Source: Trinickia sp. (GTDB taxonomy: Bacteria; Pseudomonadota; Gammaproteobacteria; Burkholderiales; Burkholderiaceae). From it: a stretch of 64,000 bases of DNA. The translations under genes and the position numbers were made by a program. The DNA lies in assembly GCF_051953955.1 (NCBI RefSeq), contig NZ_JBQCIF010000015.1, positions 77,017 to 141,016 of the forward strand, read 5' to 3'. Position 1 is the first letter of the stretch. Each line of letters begins with the position of its first letter. This document shows, one piece after another, positions 40,201 to 48,148 of this stretch. A model generated the notes under the pieces. That model was given only the letters and a program-made list of their open reading frames with translations, was not told the DNA's origin and searched no databases.

Positions 40201-42107
40201 CCTTGCGCGCGGGCCTCGAGATCGTGTCCGGCGTGCATCGCGCCGCGCGTGTTGTCGATCGCGGCGCCTGCGATCGTCACGTCTGCGTCGCCGGCGATCT
40301 GGCCGGCGATATTCGATATGTCGCCGGCACCTTCGAGCGTCAGCGCCTCGTGCGACAGGATTGCGCCTCGATCGTTCGTGACCGATTGCGCCGACACGGC
40401 TGTCGTATGCGAGGACGATATGACGCCGCCGGCGTTCTCGAGCGCACCCGCCGCCAGCGTCACCCCTTTGCCGATCACCCGGCCACCGGCCTGGCTGCCC
40501 TCGGCTGCTCGGTTATCGAATAGGCCACCTTGCATATCAAGCTTTGCTGCATCACCCGATTGAATCACGCCCGAGCGGTTCGAAACCGATCGCGCGTTGA
40601 TGCTGGCTTTGGCCACGGCATCCAGCGCGCCAGCGTCGTTGACGAACACGCCATGGGATCGCAGCGTCGCGTTCAACGCGGCTGCCGTGATTGCGCGCAT
40701 CGAAATCGACTGTTCGCCCGCCACATTCAACGCGCTGGCCGCGAACACCTGGCTGCCGTCGAGCGACACGCTCGTGCCGCTCACGTTGACGTTGTCGCCC
40801 GCTGCAAGCGAGCCGCTGCTGGCAATGCGTTCCCCTGTGAGCGTGACGCTACCCGGCCCCGAAGGCAGATCGCGACCGTTCACACCCGCCATGACGACGC
40901 CGCGGCTCGTCAGATCGCGCGCGCTCAGATCGGCGTTGGAGCGGGCCGCCACCACACCGTCATTGCGCAGCGTGTCCACCGCGCTCAGGCGGGCCGTTTG
41001 AAGACTCGTGATCGTCCCCTCGTTCTTGATGGTCGGCGCGTCGATGCGTATGGAGCCGGCCGCCTGGATGCGCCCTGCCGGCTCGATGGTGACGTCCCCG
41101 TTCGCCGACACTTCGATCGTGCCCGTCAGCGAATCGAGCTCACCCGAATGCCGCACGCCGACACCCGCTTCCGTACCGATCAGAAACACGCTATTGGCGT
41201 ACATGCTGCCCAGCGCATGCACATCGATCGCAACCGTGGGCCTCTCGCCTTCGCCAGCCTGCCTCATGACGATGCCGTCGGCATAGCCGACTTGGTTCGC
41301 GCCGGCCACCGCGTGAACGGAATCGGCCCATATTTGCGCGTTGATCCGCTCGGCCCGTGCGATCAAATCCAACACGCTGCCGCGTGCGTCGAGCCCCCCG
41401 CCACCCACGCTGAGCCTGCCGCGCGTCACGTCGAACCCGGCCAGCGACCCATCCGCATTCAAGCGCGTGCGGCCGGTTGCCAGCGAAACGCGCGGGACGT
41501 TGATGAAGCCACAGCCTGCGCAGGCGATGCCGGCTGGGTTCGCGATCACGAGGTTGGCACGGTTGCCGGCGATTTCGGTCATGCCGAGCAATCGCGTTGG
41601 ATTGCCCGACGTCACTTGATTGATGATCACGCGTGCGGGCGAATTGCCCATCAACGGGTTGCCCTGCACCCAGCCAGCGATTTGCGTTTGCGCACTTCTG
41701 GGGGTGTTGACGATGACGGCCCCCTTGGTGCCGACGTTGTAGTGCGTGAAGTTGTTCAGCGACACACCGGCTCTGTTCGGCGCCACGATGTTCACCAACG
41801 GCACGCCCGACGACGAGACCCCGACCACCGGGTGGTGCGAGCTGCTGCGATCAGGCGTCATTGACAGCGTGGCTTGCGCCGCCACACTAGAGGGCTGCAT
41901 GCCGAGCGCGCAAAGCGCGGCGAAGGCGCTTGCGCGTGCGGCACGCCACGGCGATATTCCGGATCGATGCGATGCAGGTGCGCCAGCGCTTCTCGCGCTT
42001 CGCGCGAGCGAGCGCGTGCCGCGCCGGCGTGACGATGCACACTCGCTCGCAGGCACCCACAGGCCGCGCGAAGCGCTGAACACCAATCGGTAGAGTCCGG
42101 AATTCAC
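34212..42107 (-). CDS. cdiA: CdiA/TpsA filamentous-haemagglutinin-type exoprotein with a polymorphic C-terminal toxin domain
   Basis: 2631 aa with a GTG start 9 nt after 'gaggaa'.
- Extended signal peptide region: 'MNSGLYRLVFSASRGLWVPASE'.
- TPS domain: 'LVNIVAPNRAGVSLNNFTHYNVG…VIINQVTSGNPTRLLG…NLVIANPAGIACAGCGFIN'.
- Long degenerate FHA repeats.
- Conserved block: 'LPSNALYQV…DPRFTNRRQWLSS…KRLGDGFYEQ'.
- Gly-rich variable C-terminus. Confidence 0.9.
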   Translation of the reverse strand: MNSGLYRLVFSASRGLWVPASECASSRRRGTRSLARSARSAGAPASHRSGISPWRAARASAFAALCALGMQPSSVAAQATLSMTPDRSSSHHPVVGVSSSGVPLVNIVAPNRAGVSLNNFTHYNVGTKGAVIVNTPRSAQTQIAGWVQGNPLMGNSPARVIINQVTSGNPTRLLGMTEIAGNRANLVIANPAGIACAGCGFINVPRVSLATGRTRLNADGSLAGFDVTRGRLSVGGGGLDARGSVLDLIARAERINAQIWADSVHAVAGANQVGYADGIVMRQAGEGERPTVAIDVHALGSMYANSVFLIGTEAGVGVRHSGELDSLTGTIEVSANGDVTIEPAGRIQAAGSIRIDAPTIKNEGTITSLQTARLSAVDTLRNDGVVAARSNADLSARDLTSRGVVMAGVNGRDLPSGPGSVTLTGERIASSGSLAAGDNVNVSGTSVSLDGSQVFAASALNVAGEQSISMRAITAAALNATLRSHGVFVNDAGALDAVAKASINARSVSNRSGVIQSGDAAKLDMQGGLFDNRAAEGSQAGGRVIGKGVTLAAGALENAGGVISSSHTTAVSAQSVTNDRGAILSHEALTLEGAGDISNIAGQIAGDADVTIAGAAIDNTRGAMHAGHDLEARAQGNVDNGGAMTAGNVASVSGERIDNQAGGDIAGTHGTRVLARQSLSNEGLIDGGATRVEAAETVANHGRIYGDSVSIGGQLMRNQANAQGVGGVIASRGDVDIGATVIENRSESLIYASNDLRAGRSLDADGRASKVLSDRFRNEGASIDTGGDVKIAAERFENVNANFQTQKVTTDSGRQIWHTVPGATERLEPSDVRFYHRSGHEAKSGADYEWALDDDQKGLLLPSSTYPFADYAKYTMNGNAGQIEKVHYRATPRSSNNPFGVKVDADRAGEAGAYRTVPEDMWAKFGVAPPPPPPEPSYIKRGEMTVSAPWVGTRKLGSDWYLLNVPSVSEPSERQTGNAMPQRQSCLTSAAELCRPFNQWYGKLTQSYDALNRAVSDYNNDVMSRIAPRWTTYDVNVTSTKDVVIASQPGRITAGRTVDIKASSGVNDKSQILAGGQAYLNDAIQDNSQPKGVETFTASGRAITTWVSGRRFRGDERKFDAKPYVAPMPAREIDLPIASVAPANQAPVNRVLAEALAAQGVSGIGVPGAAATAQARAKLGPIEIRTVQPNVKLPSNALYQVVTDPGSRYLIETDPRFTNRRQWLSSETMMAALGRNPGSVQKRLGDGFYEQQLVQRQIVEATGQRFIGDYTDNQTQYQALMANGVKAAERFQMNVGTALTDAQMAALTDDIVWLVNKEVTLSDGTQQAVLVPQVYMRAHAADVTGTGSIVAGESVELRNKGALANTGTIASRRVTIITADSITNVGTMAGSRVRAKAKQDLHNLGGLIQGDAVSLSAGRDVNLSSTTSSAVTANGSATVIDRVAAINAGTLAVQAGRDLNADAARIDTSGDVSLSAARDVSLGAIRQSREDQVQWDEKNRTVRSASIDTGTAITSGGRIGIVAGRDLNATAASVSAQQALGAVAGRDVNLRAGEQSASAYDEQASSERGLLSSKSTHTVDASSYTDAIGTTFSGDTVSVAAGNDLTAEAATIAGTGDVTLQAGHDLRVTTAQTASSEYHYKEVKKSGLGSAGAGISYGTHQTSDSSRDTMKGARGSLIGSTGGSVVLQAGNTLHVTGSDILAAQDVTGIAKEVKVQASGTARHHEETHEMKSSGFTLAVKSPVIDAIQNVNRQARGAAASGDGRAAALHAMAAAGGVADLAGAAGAMGGPLNGNGKPEAKIELSFGASRSKTTFTEDSTRQSGSTVRAGGRAAFIATGEKAAGQGNVTIEGSAVTAGDVLLQATDRVNLLSSTDTDKTRSTNESTSASAGVSFGSSGWGVSAAMSRAKGDANSDAVTHNNTHVQAGNTVTIKSGGDTNIVGANVSAKRVMGDIGGDLNIASEQDTVRSASRQSSVGGGFSVSQGGGSASFSARSGRASGNYAGVGEQSGIAVGDGGFDITVKGNTDLKGTYIASTADPDKNRLRTGTLSFSDVQNSSSYSARSVGISAGGGFGDGGSNYATHGPSSGKNSGGALPLAVSERGSSEALTRSAISAGGITITDEANQKQDIAMLNRDATNLNGIVDQLPDLQATLSNQADLIDAAQAAAEAVAKQVGKYAEKKRDEALTAAKAETDPKLKVQYQQEAASWAEGGTNRRKLHIAGGALTGGLTGGGLGAVGGAAGAGMSAKLAPKFDALARSIKEAGPTGNANVDQLIGNVTANVLAGGAGALVGGSTGALTAAAADRFNRQLAPVERASIDRRKEAYAKRNGLTLAQAEQELLTQANLMVQNGSPGPWNERAAAFLRQERGMLPADGNSGPGYMFYATPDQKANPSMYAGHYANGAGMNVPGSQDIANSVNREQAYRDAYTKGTIGAAVGAATIAVGGPIAALPGTPILSTNGALGSSALASSVGSGVITATINAGAQYMQNGTINPVDVVGAFGTGYAGSIYRSLVSNVGLNILGGATTTALNNFLQGKSDSVVLGGAVSGAGSMFGYGVGKGVEAGVGSLTKPTINGFGWADVGKWSGSSGLRLFTPNNVPAIGSSVGGSIGSEFGAAGINNVRNGEGGKK
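35108..35201. repeat. Copy A of the direct repeat (encodes the ADRFN…RNGLTL junction of cdiA)
   Basis: See copy B. This region encodes the boundary between the conserved CdiA body and the variable C-terminal domain. Confidence 0.85.
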
Positions 42108-42113
42108 TGCCGT

Positions 42114-43058
42114 TTATTCCTCGAGGTCAGCCAATACCGGCGAAGCGACGCTGGCGGCCGCTTCTTGCTCGACCTGCTGCAACGCGGGTCGGGCGCAACT
42201 GAACACGGCAATACCGTTGATCAATCCAACGGTCGGCGCGTGCACGCCATACGACACGACGAGATAGGGCTTGGATGCATCCGGCCCGAAGAAGGTCGTG
42301 GCCAAGGAAGATCGGGTTGCCCCCGTCAAAACCATCGCTCCCAGGGAGACATCGTCGGTGAACGTTTGATCGTGATCGCTGCCAATGGAATAGCGCAGCT
42401 TCAAGGATGCAACGTTGCGGGATTGGCCAAACGGATCGGTGCCTTCCGTCAGATCGGCCGAAGCGCTAGCCAGGGCGCCGGGGGCCGTGTTGCCGTCACT
42501 CGCGGTCGGGCGCGTTGCGGCTGCCAATTCACAGCGCATCCCCTCGCCGACCGTCACAGGCTCGGAGAGCGGTGCGCCGAGCGCCCAAACCCGACCTTGA
42601 TTGACGTTGTATGAATACCCTGCCGAATCGCTGCCCGCCGTCCAGCGCCCAATGGCGAAGTGCCCATTGCCCCCGATATCGGTAACGATCCCCCGGGAAA
42701 GGCTGAGCGCCCCTCCATCGAACGGCAATGTCGTATAGGCGCCCGGTGAGATCGCTTGCAACACGGACGGGTTCTCTTCGGTTCCGATCCGGGCCTTGCC
42801 TTGGGGCATCGAACCATCGGCACTCCAAGTCACCGGTGGGTGCAGCACCTTCACGGTAGTCAATTCGCTCGACAGGGGCGTTGCCTTCCCTTCCGCCGCG
42901 ATGTGCGCAGTTGCCGCGCTCTCCTGCGCCTTAGCGGGTGCCGGGTTAGCCTCACCGCCGCCCCCGCCTCCGCACGCCGCGAGCCCGAACGCCGATAACA
43001 CGGCAGCGGTCGCCGCCGCCAGCTTGAAGAACATGCGCTGCTTGTTCCTATCTTCCAT
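42114..43058 (-). CDS. Lipoprotein of unknown function encoded between cdiB and cdiA
   Basis: Signal peptide plus lipobox 'AVLSAFGLAAC', followed by a poly-Gly linker (CGGGGGGE). The remainder looks beta-rich. The stop is 6 nt before the cdiA start, and the last codons (GAGGAATAA) supply the cdiA SD. The start is ATG 43058 or 43034. Confidence 0.7.
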   Translation of the reverse strand: MEDRNKQRMFFKLAAATAAVLSAFGLAACGGGGGGEANPAPAKAQESAATAHIAAEGKATPLSSELTTVKVLHPPVTWSADGSMPQGKARIGTEENPSVLQAISPGAYTTLPFDGGALSLSRGIVTDIGGNGHFAIGRWTAGSDSAGYSYNVNQGRVWALGAPLSEPVTVGEGMRCELAAATRPTASDGNTAPGALASASADLTEGTDPFGQSRNVASLKLRYSIGSDHDQTFTDDVSLGAMVLTGATRSSLATTFFGPDASKPYLVVSYGVHAPTVGLINGIAVFSCARPALQQVEQEAAASVASPVLADLEE

Positions 43059-43144
43059 ACGTCTATCGCCTTTATTGCCACTTGGTTAAGGGACGGTGCC
43101 GTGTACGCCAAGCGCACGAAGCGAGCACCGGTTGATGAATCCGC

Positions 43145-44884
43145 CTAAAACAGCGAACTGATTTGAAATAAGAACGTGGGTGAACCGCTTACCCCTACCG
43201 GCTTGGATAAGGGCCAGCCCACCGAGACGTCGTAGTGGATCGATGCTGCCAAGACGCTTTTCGACGTGACTTGCCCCCGCATTCCGAGCACGGCGCCCAC
43301 CAACGTCTGCCCCGTGAGAAACTCGGCCGCCGGGCCGCGAACCCGGCCGGCATCGATGCCGCCATAGATGGCCTGAGTGCCGATTTCCGTCGGCACGTAC
43401 CAATCCAATTCGTTTGAAATGACCCAGCCGCTCTCGGCGGCCAGCGTCGTTTGTTGGTCGAAGCCGCGGACCGAATAACGTGTGCCAATCGCGAAATAGT
43501 TGGCTGGCGTGAGCGGCGTTCGTGCGTTTTGCGTATTCCAATCGAATCGGTACGAGAACGGCTGATCGCCTACCCTGAAGGGCACCTGCATTCCGGCGCT
43601 CGCCAACGCGACTTCTGTCTTGCCGTCGAAGTCGGGTTCGCCCAATACCATGCCGATGTTTCTGGACCATCCAGGCACCGACGCGCGCCACGCCAGCCCA
43701 CCGGTGAACATGACGTCGCCGACGTATTGACGATGAGACACGCCCAACTCGTAACCGAGGACGTCGCGCGTCTGGGCCGGCAACTCGACGCCGTCGTAGG
43801 TATTGCCGTTGATTTCGCGATACAGATCGCCGCGCACTTCGGTTTGCGCCTGGGCATTGCGAAAGACGACGGCAGACAAGCCGGCCTGGAGCCTCGATTG
43901 CACGCCGCTGTAGAGCACGGGGCCTTCGAATCCCGGAACAGACTGCTTGTACCTCGACCGACTCGCGCTGGCCGCAAGCAACGCGTAGCCGATCGGCACG
44001 TTGTAGTTGGCGAGGACGGACTGGTTCCCCTCGCCGGGAGCGCCAAAGTTCGCGTTGGTCGTGCCGGCGAGCTGCAGTTGGTCGTATAGATGGAGCGGCG
44101 AATCGTAGGTGAGCGATCCGAATAGCGATGTCTTGCCCGTGGCATTCAAGCCTGCGTTGTCGACTCCGACGATCGCGTGCCAGCGCTTGCCGGTTCCCGG
44201 ACGCAACACGAGTTCGGACTCTCCCGGATTCGCGCCCGGAGCGACATCGAACATCGCATCGGCTTGGGACTGCAGGCGGCGCACATTCTCCAGCCCTTGA
44301 TCGATGTCTCGCTGATTCAACAACGCGCGGGCGGAGGTGGGCAACGCCATGCGCAACGAGCCGATCGCCGGTTCGCCAGTTCGAACGCGACTGACGAGCC
44401 CCGGCAACAAACGCAGCGTCAGCCTTCCGGATTGCAGCGACTGCGCGGGCGCGAGCAAACGCGACGTGACGTACCCGCGCTCGATCAGTGCCCTATTGGC
44501 GGCATCCTGAATCCGAGCGAGCGCGGCCTTGCCGACGCATTGGCCCGCTATCGGCTGTAGGAAGCGCGCAAGCCACTGGAACTCGCTCTCTTCGAGCACG
44601 ACTTCCCTGATCGGGAAACAGGGTGTCTCGACCGGCAGGCTCGCCACGCTTTTCAGCAGTGCCGGTTCGCCAGCCGGCGATAGGACCCTCGGCTGAGGGT
44701 TCAGTGCTTTCGCCGCTTCGATCTGCTGCTGTTGGAGACGCTGGATTTGAGCGCCCGGCGGTCCTTCCGCGGGCGAAGCGACGTGCGCACTCGCCACCGC
44801 GCTCGCGCACGCGCAAGCGATCAGTGCGAATGCTTGCCGCCAAGTAAGCGCGCCCTTACGGCGAAATACGCAGATGGAGTGCAA
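43145..44884 (-). CDS. cdiB: TpsB/CdiB outer-membrane transporter (ShlB/FhaC/HecB family)
   Basis: 579 aa with a signal peptide ('FALIACACASAVASAHV'). POTRA-like 'CVGKAALARIQDAANRALIERGYVTSRLLAPAQSLQSGRLTLRLLPG'. The C-terminal beta-barrel ends '…TFLFQISSLF'. Confidence 0.9.
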   Translation of the reverse strand: MHSICVFRRKGALTWRQAFALIACACASAVASAHVASPAEGPPGAQIQRLQQQQIEAAKALNPQPRVLSPAGEPALLKSVASLPVETPCFPIREVVLEESEFQWLARFLQPIAGQCVGKAALARIQDAANRALIERGYVTSRLLAPAQSLQSGRLTLRLLPGLVSRVRTGEPAIGSLRMALPTSARALLNQRDIDQGLENVRRLQSQADAMFDVAPGANPGESELVLRPGTGKRWHAIVGVDNAGLNATGKTSLFGSLTYDSPLHLYDQLQLAGTTNANFGAPGEGNQSVLANYNVPIGYALLAASASRSRYKQSVPGFEGPVLYSGVQSRLQAGLSAVVFRNAQAQTEVRGDLYREINGNTYDGVELPAQTRDVLGYELGVSHRQYVGDVMFTGGLAWRASVPGWSRNIGMVLGEPDFDGKTEVALASAGMQVPFRVGDQPFSYRFDWNTQNARTPLTPANYFAIGTRYSVRGFDQQTTLAAESGWVISNELDWYVPTEIGTQAIYGGIDAGRVRGPAAEFLTGQTLVGAVLGMRGQVTSKSVLAASIHYDVSVGWPLSKPVGVSGSPTFLFQISSLF

Positions 44885-44994
44885 AGCCGTTCACGTTCGA
44901 CCGAAAATGCGAACGTTACGTGCTTGCGAAAGCGCTCAAAACAAAGCAACCGAAAATTCAGACCAACGGAAAGGCCGCTAGCCCCTGAACGCAT

Positions 44995-45483
44995 TCAATC
45001 CCCCACCGAGATCGTCAGCGTCTCCTTGATCTCTTCCATGACGACATAGCTCTTGGACTGCACGGCGCCGGGCAGCTGCAGCAGGATGTCGCCGAGCAGC
45101 TTGCGGTAGTCGGCCATCTCGCCGATGCGCGCCTTGATGAGATAGTCGAATTCCCCTGAAACGAGATGGCATTCGAGCACTTCGGAGATCTTATTCACTT
45201 CGCGCCGGAACTGATCGAACATGTTGCCGCTCTTGTTGCCGAGCGTGATCTCGACGAACACGAGCAGCGCGGCGCCAAGCTGCGCCGGATCGACCCGCGC
45301 GTAATAACCGGTGATGACCTGGTCGCGCTCCATGCGCTTCACGCGCTCGATGCACGGCGTCACGGTCAGCCCCACCCGTTCGGCCAGGTCCTTCATCGCG
45401 ATGCGGCCGTCCTCCTGCAACACCTTCAATATCTTGCGATCGAGCTTGTCGAGCTTACGAACCGGTTGACGTTCTGTTCTCAT
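44995..45483 (-). CDS. lrp: Leucine-responsive regulatory protein (Lrp/AsnC family)
   Basis: 'LDKLDRKILKVLQEDGRIAMKDLAERVGLTVTPCIERVKRMERDQVITGY' plus a RAM domain. I prefer the ATG at 45483 (MRTERQ…). Confidence 0.9.
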   Translation of the reverse strand: MRTERQPVRKLDKLDRKILKVLQEDGRIAMKDLAERVGLTVTPCIERVKRMERDQVITGYYARVDPAQLGAALLVFVEITLGNKSGNMFDQFRREVNKISEVLECHLVSGEFDYLIKARIGEMADYRKLLGDILLQLPGAVQSKSYVVMEEIKETLTISVGD

Positions 45484-45594
45484 CGCGCATCCATCGTTTT
45501 TAAACCAAAAATCCAAAAATTACAGGAACAAAAACTGCTTTTGTAGCAATAGTATAGCGACATCAACTGGACTTATCGGTGTTTGGGAGCAACC
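45484..45594. promoter_or_regulatory. AT-rich divergent lrp/dadA control region
   Basis: A 111-nt, A/T-rich gap (…tttttaaaccaaaaatccaaaaattacaggaacaaaaactgcttttgtagcaatagtatagc…) between divergent lrp and dadA. Lrp-type control of dadA is well known. No individual site was called. Confidence 0.4.
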
Positions 45595-46881
45595 ATGCGA
45601 GTCATCGTTCTGGGTAGCGGCGTTGTCGGCGTAACGAGTGCCTATTACCTGGCGCGCGCGGGGCATGAAGTCACGGTCGTCGATCGCGCAGCGGGTCCGG
45701 CGCTCGAAACGAGCTTCGCGAACGCCGGCCAGATCTCGCCCGGCTATGCCTCGCCGTGGGCGGCTCCCGGCGTGCCGCTCAAAGCAGTCAAGTGGATGTT
45801 CCAAAAGCACGCGCCTCTCGCAATCCGTCTGGACGGCACTCAGTTCCAGTTGCGCTGGATGTGGCAGATGTTGCAAAACTGCACCGCCGAGCGCTATGCC
45901 GTCAATAAAGGCCGCATGGTGCGCCTCGCCGAATACAGCCGCGACTGTTTGCAGGCATTGCGCGCCGATACCGGCATCCAATACGAAGGCCGTACGGGTG
46001 GCACGCTGCAGGTGTTTCGCACGCAGCAGCAACTCGACGGCGCACAAAAAGACATCGCCGTGCTGAAGGAAGCCAACGTCGCGCACGAACTGTTGAGCGC
46101 CGCCGAACTCGTGCGGGCTGAGCCGGCACTCGCAGCCGTCTCTCACAAGCTCACGGGCGGCCTGCGACTGCCGGGCGACGAAACGGGCGACTGCCAACTG
46201 TTCACCACGCGCCTGGCAGCGCTCGCCGAATCGCTCGGCGTGACGTTCCGCTTCAATACGCCGATCGACGCGCTCGAAATGGCCGGCGGCCGAATCGCCG
46301 GCGTGCGTTGCGGCTCGGACACGCTGCGCGCCGACGCTGTCGTGGTAGCGCTCGGGTCCTACTCCACGCAGTTGTTGTCGAGCATCGTGAAGATTCCCGT
46401 CTATCCGCTCAAGGGTTATTCGATCACGGCACCGATCGTCGATGCGGCCAAGGCCCCTGTGTCGACCGTGCTCGACGAAACGTACAAGATCGCGATCACG
46501 CGCTTCGACGATCGCATTCGCGTCGGCGGCATGGCCGAAATCGTCGGCTTCGACAAGAAGCTGCGCCAGGCGCGTCGCGAGACGCTCGAAATGTGCGTCA
46601 ACGATCTGTTCCCCGGCGGCGGCGATACGTCGCAGGCATCGTTCTGGACGGGGCTACGCCCGATGACGCCCGACGGCACGCCGGTGGTCGGCCGCACGCC
46701 GGTGTCGAATCTGTTTTTGAACACGGGGCACGGCACGCTCGGCTGGACGATGTCGTGCGGTTCAGGCCAGCTGCTCGCCGATCTCATCTCGGGCCGCCGG
46801 CCGGCGATCCAAGCGGACGATCTCTCGGTTCATCGCTACCTCGGCGAACTCGGCCGCACCCCGCAACCCGCTTACGCGTAA
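45595..46881 (+). CDS. dadA: D-amino-acid dehydrogenase
   Basis: '[31 protein letters not shown]' FAD fold. Full-length similarity to DadA (…[14 protein letters not shown]…[11 protein letters not shown]…). Confidence 0.95.
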   Translation: MRVIVLGSGVVGVTSAYYLARAGHEVTVVDRAAGPALETSFANAGQISPGYASPWAAPGVPLKAVKWMFQKHAPLAIRLDGTQFQLRWMWQMLQNCTAERYAVNKGRMVRLAEYSRDCLQALRADTGIQYEGRTGGTLQVFRTQQQLDGAQKDIAVLKEANVAHELLSAAELVRAEPALAAVSHKLTGGLRLPGDETGDCQLFTTRLAALAESLGVTFRFNTPIDALEMAGGRIAGVRCGSDTLRADAVVVALGSYSTQLLSSIVKIPVYPLKGYSITAPIVDAAKAPVSTVLDETYKIAITRFDDRIRVGGMAEIVGFDKKLRQARRETLEMCVNDLFPGGGDTSQASFWTGLRPMTPDGTPVVGRTPVSNLFLNTGHGTLGWTMSCGSGQLLADLISGRRPAIQADDLSVHRYLGELGRTPQPAYA

Positions 46882-46916
46882 CGGCTCGCGCATACCCAAA
46901 GAAGCCGGCAGCACGA

Positions 46917-46948
46917 CAGCGGCGCCCTAACCGGGGTGCCGCTGTTTT
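46917..46948 (+). terminator. Rho-independent terminator after dadA
   Basis: Stem cagcggc (46917-23) / gccgctg (46938-44), followed by tttt (46945-48). Confidence 0.6.
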
Positions 46949-47121
46949 GCGTGCGGATTGAGAACGGGGTCCATCGGCTACAACGAATTAGCGAAGTTAT
47001 CCGAGAAAGATAACCCCATTAACTTTCGTATACATCGCCTTCCGACGGAACGCGCGCGTCAGCTGGTCAATGCCTGCGCCTACTTGCTTGCGCGACATTC
47101 AACGATTGCGGGCGAGATATG

Positions 47122-47149
47122 GAAAGGGGCACGCAAGCGTGCCCCATTT
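47122..47149 (-). terminator. Rho-independent terminator after etfA
   Basis: Stem ggggcacgc (47126-34) / gcgtgcccc (47137-45). On the minus strand it is followed by a T-rich run (tttcc), about 40 nt after the etfA stop. Confidence 0.55.
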
Positions 47150-47187
47150 ACGGTGCCGTTAGGCGCCCGCTTTTACGGCGCCGCCGG

Positions 47188-48123
47188 TTACCCCAACGCG
47201 CTGACCAGTTCCGGCACGAGCGAGAACAGATCGCCGACGAGGCCGTAGTCGGCCACGCTGAAGATCGGGGCTTCGGGATCCTTGTTGATCGCCACGATCA
47301 CCTTCGAATCCTTCATCCCGGCCAAGTGCTGAATCGCACCCGAGATGCCGACCGCGACATACAGCTGCGGCGCGACGATCTTGCCCGTCTGCCCCACTTG
47401 GTAGTCGTTCGGCACGTACCCCGCGTCCACGGCCGCGCGCGAAGCGCCCAGCGCAGCCCCGAGCTTGTCGGCCAGCGGCTCGAGCACCTTCGTATAATTC
47501 TCGCCGCTACCGAGGCCTCGGCCGCCCGAGACGATGATGTTCGCGCTCGTCAACTCCGGGCGATCGAGCTTCGTCACTTCCCGGTTCACGAACTGCGAGA
47601 TCCCGCGGTCAGCCGCCGCTTCGATCTTCTCGACCGACGCGTTGCCGCCCTCCGCCGCCACTGCGTCGAAGCCCGTCGCACGCACGGTGATCACCTTGAT
47701 CGCATCGCCCGATTGCACCGTGGCGATCGCGTTGCCCGCGTAGATCGGGCGCTCGAACGTATCGCTCGAAACCACGGCCGTGATCTCGCTGATCTGCGCC
47801 ACATCGAGCTTCGCCGCCACGCGCGGCGCCACGTTCTTGCCGTAAGCCGTGGCAGGCGCCACGATGTGCGAGTAATCCTTCGCGATGTTCAGCACGGTGG
47901 CTTCGACGTTTTCCGCAAGCCCTTCAGCCAATTGCGGCGCATCGGCCAGCAGCACCTTCGCCACGCCGGCGATCTTCGCCGCCGCATCGGCCGCGCCTTG
48001 CGCGTTGTGCCCCGCGACCAGCACGTGCACGTCACCACCGATCTGCCCTGCGGCTGCAACGGTGTTCAGCGTCGCGCCCTTGATCGACGCGTTGTCATGT
48101 TCGGCAATTACCAGAATCGTCAT
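47188..48123 (-). CDS. etfA: Electron transfer flavoprotein subunit alpha
   Basis: '[20 protein letters not shown]…' and the C-terminal '[37 protein letters not shown]' EtfA signature. The ATG at 48123 follows 'ggagagagaag'. Confidence 0.95.
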   Translation of the reverse strand: MTILVIAEHDNASIKGATLNTVAAAGQIGGDVHVLVAGHNAQGAADAAAKIAGVAKVLLADAPQLAEGLAENVEATVLNIAKDYSHIVAPATAYGKNVAPRVAAKLDVAQISEITAVVSSDTFERPIYAGNAIATVQSGDAIKVITVRATGFDAVAAEGGNASVEKIEAAADRGISQFVNREVTKLDRPELTSANIIVSGGRGLGSGENYTKVLEPLADKLGAALGASRAAVDAGYVPNDYQVGQTGKIVAPQLYVAVGISGAIQHLAGMKDSKVIVAINKDPEAPIFSVADYGLVGDLFSLVPELVSALG

Positions 48124-48148
48124 TTCTTCTCTCTCCACGCACCGTTGC

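Noticed and set aside
46958-47248. 96-aa plus-strand ORF, and a ~33-codon minus-strand ORF, in the lower-GC spacer between dadA and etfA.
   Set aside because: The plus-strand ORF uses a non-ATG start, runs through the etfA terminator hairpin and into etfA antisense, and resembles no family. The small minus-strand ORF has no SD or recognisable features.
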